Of a stretch of DNA of 58,601 nt, positions 36,612 through 45,204 are shown piece by piece. This DNA comes from an archaeon (GTDB taxonomy: Archaea; Nanobdellota; Nanobdellia; Pacearchaeales; GW2011-AR1): assembly GCA_038121585.1 (NCBI GenBank), contig JAYONY010000001.1, positions 335,661 through 394,261 of the forward strand, read 5' to 3'. The notes under the pieces were generated by a model that did no database searches, was not told the DNA's origin, and worked only from the letters and a program-made list of their open reading frames with translations. The translations under genes were made by a program, and so were the position numbers. The first letter of the stretch is position 1. Each line of letters opens with the position of its first letter.

Positions 36612-37717
36612 TTTTTAAGGAATTTCAAATATACTTTGCGAAGTGTTCGAAATAGCTTGTCGTTATTTGGATAATCGTGGTGGCTTTTGACTGGCTCTTG
36701 CAGGATAGTATCAAATTCTTCTTCTGTAAATCCTAGTTTGCGAATAACGTATTCTTTTTCGTGCTGCAGTTTTGCAGGCTCTTCAGGCGGATTTTGTAAT
36801 TGCTTAATGGCTTCTTCACGTGATATTTCATTCGCACAAATAAGTGCTGATAAATGTGCTCTTCGTTTATCAACATTAAATTTTTTTGGTAGAATATAAT
36901 GCTGATAGAATCGGGTGAATGTTGACTCTCCATGTTTTGAACCATAATCTTCCCATCCTAATTCTTCACTAATAATTTTTTTAGCAGTTTCTTTTGTATA
37001 GTCGATATAGTTAAGCACTTCTATCTCTCGAATTCCTGAAAATGATTGGTACGCAATTCTCTTGGGTAGTGTGTAGAGTGGAAATGTTTTTAGTGGTCGC
37101 GTTCCAAATTGCTTGTGTATTGCAACGATATTTTTTGCATCACTTTTATTGTATCTCCATTGCATTGGGAGTATTCCTTCGGTTACTAGATTAACGCCTG
37201 AAAGAATATACTTAATACCTTCTCGTTTTGCAGCATTGTAAACTGTTGCTTTAATTGCGTGGTCTGTTAGTGCTTCAATATCAATGACTGATGCTTTAAG
37301 ATACGATCGTTGCAGGTCTTTGAATTCTTCCCAATCAATAACATGGGTGTATAAATCAATTCCAAGCTTACGGACTATGCGGTGAATGTTTTTTGTTGCT
37401 GTTCGTGAATTCCATCCGTTATCAAGGTGTACTGCGAGGGGTCGTAACCCTAGTTCTTTTACGGCAATATATGCGAGGTAGGTGCTATCAACTCCTCCGC
37501 TAAGCCCGACTATACAGTCATATTTTTTGTCTTTTCCCTTAGATTGTATCACTTCAATAAATGAGGTAAGTCGTTTTTTTCCTTCAGCACCTGAAAAAAC
37601 GCGTTCACGCACTTTCGCATAGTAGCTCGTGCAATTACTACATTCCCCTTGTTCATTAAAGGTGATATCTGGGTCTGTAGTATCCATCACACATCGAGTA
37701 CAAATCTGATAATCCAT
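36608..37717 (-). CDS. N-acetyl sugar amidotransferase (WbpG/WbuX/AglX-like)
   Basis: CTRCVMD..C..C, GLSGGVDS PP-loop, DNGWNS, KHGES, DKRRAHLS. Confidence 0.92.
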   Translation of the reverse strand: MDYQICTRCVMDTTDPDITFNEQGECSNCTSYYAKVRERVFSGAEGKKRLTSFIEVIQSKGKDKKYDCIVGLSGGVDSTYLAYIAVKELGLRPLAVHLDNGWNSRTATKNIHRIVRKLGIDLYTHVIDWEEFKDLQRSYLKASVIDIEALTDHAIKATVYNAAKREGIKYILSGVNLVTEGILPMQWRYNKSDAKNIVAIHKQFGTRPLKTFPLYTLPKRIAYQSFSGIREIEVLNYIDYTKETAKKIISEELGWEDYGSKHGESTFTRFYQHYILPKKFNVDKRRAHLSALICANEISREEAIKQLQNPPEEPAKLQHEKEYVIRKLGFTEEEFDTILQEPVKSHHDYPNNDKLFRTLRKVYLKFLKK

Positions 37718-37751
37718 AAAGTGAGAATTTTCTGAGGATATTTAAGACTGT

Positions 37752-38513
37752 CTATGATTGTGCAAGCGCTTCTAGTAATTCCTCGTGGTCTGGATAGTTA
37801 ATGAGGATCCCTTTATTTTTTCCACTATATACAAATAGACTTCCTGCTGCTACTGCAGATGCTCCAGCATCTATTGCTGGTTTTAGATCTTCTAATGTTC
37901 CAGCCCCTCCGCTTGCGATTATGGGGATTCGTACAGCAGAAGCAACTTGCCGATACAGTTCTAAATTATATCCTGCCATTGTTCCTTCAGCATCTACGGA
38001 GGTGATGATTAGTTCTCCAGCTCCGGCTGATTCCATATATTTTGCAAGACTTACAACGTCTTCATTAGTATTTTGCGTTGCGTTGGTGTGGAATACAGTG
38101 TTTTTGTTACCTTCCCGTTTAACATCTAATGAGACAACTATTGATTGACTTCCAAAAATATTTGCTGCTTGAGTAACAAGGGATGGGTTCTGTAATGCTG
38201 CAGTGTTAATGATTACTTTGTCAGCTCCTCGTGCAAACATTGCGCGCACGTCTTCAAGCGTACTAATTCCTCCTCCTACAGCAAACGGAACAAATGCTTC
38301 TTCACTCACTTCTTGAACGAAATCATGTGAGATGCATCTTTTTTCGCGGGTTGCAGTTATATCTAAGAGGACTATTTCATCAGCTTGAAAGTCGTTGAAA
38401 ATGCGTATTGCATTCATGGGGTCTCCAATATATATTGGATTCTTGAAATTAGTTGTTTTTACTAGTCCTTCACCTTGCAGTAAGAGGCAAGGGATAACGC
38501 GAGGCCTATACAT
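37752..38513 (-). CDS. HisF-like subunit (WbuZ/AglZ-like)
   Basis: RVIPCLLL...LVKT..F...YIGDPMNAIRIFN, AAGSLFVY..ILINYP; in a glycan locus. Confidence 0.9.
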   Translation of the reverse strand: MYRPRVIPCLLLQGEGLVKTTNFKNPIYIGDPMNAIRIFNDFQADEIVLLDITATREKRCISHDFVQEVSEEAFVPFAVGGGISTLEDVRAMFARGADKVIINTAALQNPSLVTQAANIFGSQSIVVSLDVKREGNKNTVFHTNATQNTNEDVVSLAKYMESAGAGELIITSVDAEGTMAGYNLELYRQVASAVRIPIIASGGAGTLEDLKPAIDAGASAVAAGSLFVYSGKNKGILINYPDHEELLEALAQS

Positions 38514-39120
38514 TAGTATCCTCCAAGAAATGCTTGATTATTTTTAGGCCTTCATCATGACTTTTTTCAGGGTGAAACTGCACACCAATTATATTCTCCT
38601 TTTGAACTGCTGAAACAAACTTCGTCCCATACTCAGTTGTTGCTAGTATATCTCTTTTTGTTTCACAGGTAACGTAGTATGAATGTACAAAATAGAAGGG
38701 TGTTGTTGTAGCAACTCCTGCAAGGAGGGGGTGGTCTTTCGCAGGGGCAATTGTATTCCATCCAATATGAGGGACGCGTATAGCATCATTAGTAAATTTT
38801 GTAGTGGTTGCGTTAATCCACCCTAACCCTGGAACATCTCCTTCTTCACTATGTTTTGTGAGTAATTGCATGCCTAGGCAAATGCCTAATAGAGGGGTTT
38901 TTTCATTCAGCACTTTTTCAGTAAGGGGTTTGAGCAGTCCTTTTGATTGCAAACGTGCCATTCCTTCTTTAAAATGTCCGACGCCAGGAAGAAAAAGCTT
39001 ATCTGCGTCTAAAATGAGTGCCGGATCATCAGATATACGTGGTGAGTGTCCCAGTCGCTTAATTGCTTTTGCGAGAGAATGGAGGTTTCCCATGCCGTAG
39101 TCTACAATGACTGATTTCAT
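38506..39120 (-). CDS. HisH-like glutamine amidotransferase (WbuY/AglY-like)
   Basis: DYGMGN, PGVG, GICLGMQ, FYFVHSY, QFHPEKS. Confidence 0.92.
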   Translation of the reverse strand: MKSVIVDYGMGNLHSLAKAIKRLGHSPRISDDPALILDADKLFLPGVGHFKEGMARLQSKGLLKPLTEKVLNEKTPLLGICLGMQLLTKHSEEGDVPGLGWINATTTKFTNDAIRVPHIGWNTIAPAKDHPLLAGVATTTPFYFVHSYYVTCETKRDILATTEYGTKFVSAVQKENIIGVQFHPEKSHDEGLKIIKHFLEDTNV

Positions 39121-39250
39121 AGTTTCTTCATCTATTGAATACATTTAAACATTTAGCACCTCTGATGCAAGGGCTGAAAATGTCTTAAAGGCAAAGTTTA
39201 TCGTCGATACGCTACCTAAACTATATAAACTGATTTTTTGTGGGTTTGCC

Positions 39251-40345
39251 ATGGTTAAGAACATCTGTTTTTTCTCTGCTGGATTTGCATTTAATCGACT
39301 TAATAGATTAAAATATTACGAGGAAATTTTTGGAGATGATACAAATATTTTTTTGTATACTACTGAAAAATATTCTAAGAACGAAAAAGAAAATTATCAG
39401 TATAAATGGAACGGTCTAAAAAAAACAAATATTGTTGTTGGAAAATATGATTTCTTACTTCCGTTTAGGATTAGGAAATTTTGCAAGGAGGAAAATATAG
39501 ATGTCATTACAAATCTCGGTGCTTTTCCATCTGCTTTTTTCCTGCTGCTTGCTACACTCTTTATTCGCACGAGTTATTATGTAAACTTGTATGGGGGCTT
39601 GTATCTTATCGGGCAAGCAAAGATTAGATTGTACGTTCGGATTGCTTTGTTTGAGGTGCTGCTCTTATTTTCAAAAAAAGCTATTTCAGTTGATGTGGGG
39701 GATGCAAATTTATTCAAGCGTCTAAATGGGTTTTCAAATACCTTGCGTAATAAGGTTTATTTTCTAGCTGCACCTGTTGATGAAACCTTGTTTTCTCCTC
39801 GTAAAAAAAGTGTTGCTCGAAAAAAAGCAGGATTGCCCAAACAGAAAAAAATTGTCATTTCTGTTGGAAGAATTAGTTGGGGTAAGTGTTCTGATTTATT
39901 AATCGACCTTATAAAACAAAATCCTGAGGTGTACTTTGTCATTGTTGGAAGGGCAATAGATCCTGCTTTTGCAAAGCTACGCTGTAAAAATTTTGAATAC
40001 CATCCTGTGAAAAATTCTGAAGAACTAGTTGAGTATTATAGTGCTGCGGATATTGGGTTTTTCATGCACCGGCAGCATGGTGCGGGGTTAGGTCAAACCA
40101 CTGGTGAATCGCTTGCTTGTGGCACTCCTGCAGTCGTGCCATTTCGAAGAGGCGTCCCTCAAGCGAAGGGTGTTTTCCAAATCGCAATTTCAAAAGAAGC
40201 AGCTAATGCTGTCGTCAGGGATTTTTTGCAAGAGCCTGATAAAGAAAAGTTTAATAACGCTGCAAGAAAGTATTGTATAAGTAACCTTTCAAGAACTCGT
40301 TGGAAACGGGATTATCGTAACGTATACCTTGATAAGGGTGAGTAA
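39251..40345 (+). CDS. GT4 glycosyltransferase (divergent)
   Basis: PVDETLF, VGRI..GK, GLGQTTGESLACGTP. Confidence 0.82.
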   Translation: MVKNICFFSAGFAFNRLNRLKYYEEIFGDDTNIFLYTTEKYSKNEKENYQYKWNGLKKTNIVVGKYDFLLPFRIRKFCKEENIDVITNLGAFPSAFFLLLATLFIRTSYYVNLYGGLYLIGQAKIRLYVRIALFEVLLLFSKKAISVDVGDANLFKRLNGFSNTLRNKVYFLAAPVDETLFSPRKKSVARKKAGLPKQKKIVISVGRISWGKCSDLLIDLIKQNPEVYFVIVGRAIDPAFAKLRCKNFEYHPVKNSEELVEYYSAADIGFFMHRQHGAGLGQTTGESLACGTPAVVPFRRGVPQAKGVFQIAISKEAANAVVRDFLQEPDKEKFNNAARKYCISNLSRTRWKRDYRNVYLDKGE

Positions 40346-40349
40346 ACGA

Positions 40350-40967
40350 ATGGATAACAAAGGATTTATTGCGAGAAAATATCGTACGATTGCAAAATGG
40401 ATTGAGCCGGGTTCTGAGATTTTAGAGGTTGGCTGTGGGACTGCACAGATTAAGGATTTAGTGAGTGATGCAAAATATGTTGGTATTGATGCGAGTGATG
40501 AAAGTGTAACTGCCCTTAAGAAAAGCGGTCATATGGCTTATAATGTCAACCTTAACACTGACGAGCCTCCTAAGATGAAACAAAAATTTGACTATGTTCT
40601 CTTTTTAGATATTCTCGAACATTTGCTAAACCCTGCTAAAGTACTAGCTGATTATTCTAAATTTCTTAAGAAGGATGGAAAAATTATTGTTTCGCTACCG
40701 AATGATTATCACCTACTAAACAAAATACGGTTTATAACTAATAAAAAAATTGTTGAGCGTCCTTTCTGGGGCAGTGGGCACATTCATATTTACCCAATTC
40801 ATGAAGGGAGACGATTTATTGAAAATCAGGGGTTTCAGATTACAAAACAAACCTACTTAGCAACTCACAGGCCTCGTGTTATTCCTGAAAAAGTAAGGGA
40901 TTTTATGGGGCGAACCTTCCCAAAAAGTTTTGCTAGAATAACGCTGTATGTTGCCCAAAAAAAATAA
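40350..40967 (+). CDS. Class I SAM-dependent methyltransferase
   Basis: LEVGCGT, FDYVLFLDILEHL..P, SLPN; GGGTGA before ATG 40350. Confidence 0.88.
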   Translation: MDNKGFIARKYRTIAKWIEPGSEILEVGCGTAQIKDLVSDAKYVGIDASDESVTALKKSGHMAYNVNLNTDEPPKMKQKFDYVLFLDILEHLLNPAKVLADYSKFLKKDGKIIVSLPNDYHLLNKIRFITNKKIVERPFWGSGHIHIYPIHEGRRFIENQGFQITKQTYLATHRPRVIPEKVRDFMGRTFPKSFARITLYVAQKK

Positions 40968-41681
40968 TTACTGTTTTTTCTCAAATCGTACGTACATTGG
41001 ATTAGAAAAGTACGGTAATGCTTTTGCCATTTGAGTATTCATACGGGATACATGTTTATACATTGATTGTGAAAACATGCGCGGTGGGAAAAAGGCTTTT
41101 GATTTAACTTCTTTTATCACTAGGTTGTTCTCGCGAGCAATACGCTTTATTGCAAAGTAACTCATTAGGTTGAAGTGTCGTAGTTTTTTTCTCCATAATC
41201 TTGTCATTGTTGGAAAGACGGTAAATGAATGTAAATTGAAGAAATCAATGATGACGGATCCTCCTGGCTTCACTACCCTCGCCATTTCTCGAATGACTTG
41301 TGCATATTCTGGTGTATGGCAAATAAATCGGGAAGTAATGGCTACTGAGAAATGATTGTCAGGGTAGGGTATTTCTGTAGCACTTGCCACGCTTAGCTTT
41401 GCCTTAGGCACTCGTTTCTGTGCAATCTGCAACATGTCTTTTGAGATGTCAATGCCGTGGATTTCTCGATTCCCGTAATAGGGAAAAACACGCCCTGTAC
41501 CACAGGCAATATCAAGCAGTGGGCCTTTAGGAGCATTTTGAACATAGTTTTGCACTATCGAAACTTCTCGGGCAAAGACTTCTCTATCTCGAATATCTGA
41601 TGATCTTTTTGTATCATAAATTTCTGCTTCTTTCCCAAAATACCAGCCCGAAAGCTTTGATATTACGTTCGCTTTTTCCAT
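40968..41681 (-). CDS. Class I SAM-dependent methyltransferase
   Basis: LDIACGTG, GIDIS..ML, EMARVVKPGG. Confidence 0.9.
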   Translation of the reverse strand: MEKANVISKLSGWYFGKEAEIYDTKRSSDIRDREVFAREVSIVQNYVQNAPKGPLLDIACGTGRVFPYYGNREIHGIDISKDMLQIAQKRVPKAKLSVASATEIPYPDNHFSVAITSRFICHTPEYAQVIREMARVVKPGGSVIIDFFNLHSFTVFPTMTRLWRKKLRHFNLMSYFAIKRIARENNLVIKEVKSKAFFPPRMFSQSMYKHVSRMNTQMAKALPYFSNPMYVRFEKKQ

Positions 41682-42295
41682 GTTAGTACAGTGTATATTT
41701 TCTTGAGTAGGATGAGGAAGTAAAGGCTGCTTAAAAAGACTATTGCAGTAGGAATTGCGTCGAATACGACGAGGAAATAGAAGAACGTAAAAGGTGCATC
41801 TATTGGGAGGAAGGAATAAATTGGGTAAAAAATACCTTTGTTCTCGTGCACTTCTCGTATTTTTTTAATGGTGGCTAGCCGTTGCAAAATTGTTGTATCA
41901 ACTATGAGTGTAAGAAAAAGAGATGATGAGCCAAACAGGCCGATTGTAAGAAGCGTAGCATTGTCGCTACTCATATAATGCGACCAAACAATTCCTGTTA
42001 GAAACAATACTGCAATGAGGTAATGGGCAATTCTATCTCTTTTTTGCCAGACTAATGAAAATTCGTTTCGATAGCGAGCGAGCGGTCCATCAACATAGTC
42101 AACGAGGAAAACAAATTGATAGAGTGTGAGGAAGATAACGCGGGTCGCATAATCTCCGATAAATAACATGATTCCTGTTAGGAGGGCGAATGAAACTCTA
42201 AAGAGGAGTAAATGATGGGCTCGTATAGGTGTTTTTTTAAGAAATTCAAGGAGCGTTGACTTCATGAGTTTTCTCAAGAACGCTGTTTTGTACAT
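41663..42295 (-). CDS. CDP-alcohol phosphotransferase-family membrane protein (variant motif)
   Basis: DYVDGPLARYRNEFS...DRIAH; start uncertain (42295 has GGAG upstream; 42265 also possible). Confidence 0.72.
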   Translation of the reverse strand: MYKTAFLRKLMKSTLLEFLKKTPIRAHHLLLFRVSFALLTGIMLFIGDYATRVIFLTLYQFVFLVDYVDGPLARYRNEFSLVWQKRDRIAHYLIAVLFLTGIVWSHYMSSDNATLLTIGLFGSSSLFLTLIVDTTILQRLATIKKIREVHENKGIFYPIYSFLPIDAPFTFFYFLVVFDAIPTAIVFLSSLYFLILLKKIYTVLTWKKRT

Positions 42296-42430
42296 ATTGG
42301 TTTCTCCACAAGGGTTGTATCCTGAAAGCACTCGCCTTATCGTATTTAAAAAGGTTTGGTGGGGCTTACCCACAAATGTATCTGCTAACTGTGCAAAATA
42401 ATAAAAAAGGGTCTTTTATAGTATGGTGTA

Positions 42431-44092
42431 ATGGATGAAAAGAAAAAGCAGGCCGTAAAAGAAAGTATTAAGGCTTGGCTCAAGGAGCCGTCTAATCTTT
42501 GGCTTGTAGTCGTTGTAGGTTTTGCATTTATTATTCGATTGTATTATTTTAACTTGACTCAGAATCAACCTCTTTGGTGGGATGAATCTGATTATTTAGC
42601 ATTTGCAAAAAACATTGCAGGTTTTCCCGTTGAGTGGGTTGTTACTGCAAAGCATAATTCTATTTATCCTTTTTTAGCAGGTGCTATCTTTGCGATTGGG
42701 GGGAGTGAGGCCTTTGCAAAATTCGTATTGCAATTTATTCCTTCAATCCTCACTGTTTTTTTCACATACGTTACTGCAAAGAAAATGTATGGTGACTATC
42801 GGATAGGTCTTATCGCAGCAGCTATTCTTTCTGTTTTCTGGGTGCATTTGTTTAACACGATGCGCTTTCATGTTGACATTCTCGGATTTTTCACTGGTGT
42901 TTTAGCGATCTATGTGTTCTGGACAGGGTATGAGCGTAAAGAGAAACTCTTTGGGAAGATTCCCTCTCGCTGGGCAATTCCTTTGGCAGTCACCCTCGTA
43001 CTCCTAACTTACATGGTTCGTAGAGGGTACTTTCTATTCGGATTATTCTTCTTAGTGTATATGCTTATAACAAAAAATCCTAAGCAATTAATGCGCGATA
43101 AGTATAATTGGATTGGACTTGCTATTGCTATCGTAGGAATACTCATTGCAGAAACAGTAATTTTTGTGGCTGGTATAGGGGGTGTTGGTGGTGATTATTT
43201 CCAATCTGAAAACGCAATTAACTTTTTACCTTTGCAGTTGTTTGGCTCGCAGGAACGAGGGTTCTTCATCATGAATGGGGGACTTGCATTTAATGGGTTA
43301 TTCTTTGCATTTTGGATTGGGGCAATTATTGCACTTGCAAACGCAGTTATTAGTTTCCCCGTTATTCGAAAAAAAGCCGCGGGGATTGCGCGTTCAGATG
43401 TGTTTAATCTATTAGCTATCATTATCACTCTTGGATTTTTCATTTATGTACTTAGGATTCAGGGTTCGTTTGGTGAAACAAGATGGTATCTTCCACTAGC
43501 ATTCGCGGCTTTTGTATGTGTGGGCAGGGGTCTTGTAACAATTGCCAACCAGCTAAAACCCTATCATAAATATGCAGGTGTTGTGTTGATAGTGCTTGTT
43601 GTAGGGCTTGGAATGTATCATCAAGTACAGGTTTCAGATAATATTATCACTTCAAGAGTGGAGTCGTTTGAGGGTATTCGTCAAGCAGGATTATTCTTGC
43701 GCGAGAATTCAGATCCTAACGCGCTTATTATCACAACACCGCTCCCTCAAGTTGCATATTATGCTGAACGCAAGGTCATTCAACCCAAGCAGATGCTTGG
43801 TGCAGATACGTATGAAGTGCCACTGGAAGATGTTTTGCAAAAAATCAGGGAAACTCCAGAGGCGCAGTTTATGATAGTCTCATTTTCAGAACCTAATCAT
43901 CCTACGTGGATGAAGCAGGTAGTTACAGAAGGTGGGCGCATGAGGGCGTGGGAAATTCCATTTATGGATTCAAGAATTGACTTTGCGACTGGGGAACAAA
44001 CAATTATGGAGTCTAAGACGTACGGTGATCTAACCTTCCAATTATTGACTGTTCAAAAAGACGTTTTTGTATACGGTATTACCCGGGAATAA
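42431..44092 (+). CDS. GT-C (PMT/ArnT-like) glycosyltransferase
   Basis: FIIRL...LWWDESDY after TM1; RWYLP; C-terminal soluble domain with YYAER. Confidence 0.8.
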   Translation: MDEKKKQAVKESIKAWLKEPSNLWLVVVVGFAFIIRLYYFNLTQNQPLWWDESDYLAFAKNIAGFPVEWVVTAKHNSIYPFLAGAIFAIGGSEAFAKFVLQFIPSILTVFFTYVTAKKMYGDYRIGLIAAAILSVFWVHLFNTMRFHVDILGFFTGVLAIYVFWTGYERKEKLFGKIPSRWAIPLAVTLVLLTYMVRRGYFLFGLFFLVYMLITKNPKQLMRDKYNWIGLAIAIVGILIAETVIFVAGIGGVGGDYFQSENAINFLPLQLFGSQERGFFIMNGGLAFNGLFFAFWIGAIIALANAVISFPVIRKKAAGIARSDVFNLLAIIITLGFFIYVLRIQGSFGETRWYLPLAFAAFVCVGRGLVTIANQLKPYHKYAGVVLIVLVVGLGMYHQVQVSDNIITSRVESFEGIRQAGLFLRENSDPNALIITTPLPQVAYYAERKVIQPKQMLGADTYEVPLEDVLQKIRETPEAQFMIVSFSEPNHPTWMKQVVTEGGRMRAWEIPFMDSRIDFATGEQTIMESKTYGDLTFQLLTVQKDVFVYGITRE

Positions 44093-44136
44093 GCAGTCTT
44101 AACGTTTATAAAGCGCTTCCTGTAGGTCTATGTAAG

Positions 44137-45153
44137 ATGATTATAAGATATGTGCTCACGCTTCCAATCTTAGCAAGCTTCTTAGTAACTCTTTTTCTCA
44201 TGCCTTTTTGGATTCGTAAATCAAAGCAAATTGGTCTTAGTTGGTCAGATATGAATAAATGGGGTAACCCTCAGGTCTCTGGCGCGGGTGGTGTTATCGT
44301 TATTCTCGGTTTTATTATTGGCCTACTTAGTTATATCGCATATACCGTTTTTATTTTAGGCGGGTCGCAAGCAAAACTTGTCGAATCGCTTGCAGTACTC
44401 TCTGTAGTGTTGCTTGCAGGTGGGCTTGGATTTGTTGATGACTTGTTTGGTTGGCGACGGGGGGGTCTTTCTATACGTTCAAGATTAATATTGCTCTTAT
44501 TTGCTGCTATTCCTCTAGTGGCAATTAATGCAGGTAGAAGCACTATCTTTGTACCCTTTCTCGGTTCAATTGACTTTGGCATTATCTATCCTTTACTTAT
44601 AATTCCTATTGGTATTGTTGGTGCAACTGCAACGTTTAATTTTTTAGAGGGCTTTAATGGGCTTGGTGCTGGCCAAGGTATAATCTTGCTTTCTGCAATG
44701 GCAGTAGTGGCATTCTTTACAGGTAGCTCTTGGTTATCAGTTATCGCATTATGTATGGTCGGGGCATTAGTCGCGTTTCTCCAGTTGAATTTTTCTCCCG
44801 CTCAAGTGTTACCTGGTGATGCCTTAACGTATGCTGTAGGGAGTCTTATTGCTTCAATTGCAATACTCGGTAATTTTGAAAAAATAGCTGTTTTCTTTTT
44901 CATACCGGTGATTATTGAAACATTTTTGAAAATGCGTAAAAAACTTAAAGTACATTCATTTGCAATTCCTGAACGTGATGGCACACTTAAGCCTCGTTAC
45001 GATAAGCTATATGGGTTAACTCATACAACTCTTTTTATCTATCAAAAATTAGGCATAAAACCAACTGAGAGAAAAGTTGTTATTGGCATTTGGAGTTTTC
45101 AAATCGTTATTGTTCTGTTAGGCTTATTTATTTTCAGAGAAGGCATTTTCTAA
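44137..45153 (+). CDS. aglH: UDP-GlcNAc:dolichol-P GlcNAc-1-P transferase (AglH/GPT-like)
   Basis: DMNK, GFVDD, NFLEGFNGL, LPGD. Confidence 0.82.
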   Translation: MIIRYVLTLPILASFLVTLFLMPFWIRKSKQIGLSWSDMNKWGNPQVSGAGGVIVILGFIIGLLSYIAYTVFILGGSQAKLVESLAVLSVVLLAGGLGFVDDLFGWRRGGLSIRSRLILLLFAAIPLVAINAGRSTIFVPFLGSIDFGIIYPLLIIPIGIVGATATFNFLEGFNGLGAGQGIILLSAMAVVAFFTGSSWLSVIALCMVGALVAFLQLNFSPAQVLPGDALTYAVGSLIASIAILGNFEKIAVFFFIPVIIETFLKMRKKLKVHSFAIPERDGTLKPRYDKLYGLTHTTLFIYQKLGIKPTERKVVIGIWSFQIVIVLLGLFIFREGIF

Positions 45154-45204
45154 GCTATCGTCGTGAACAACATAGTTTAAATAAGCTGTTTTTTTGAATG
45201 TCTC

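Noticed and set aside
37752-39120. Histidine biosynthesis hisF/hisH
   Set aside because: They are linked to a sugar amidotransferase inside a glycan locus, have WbuZ/AglZ-type sequence features, and no other his genes are present
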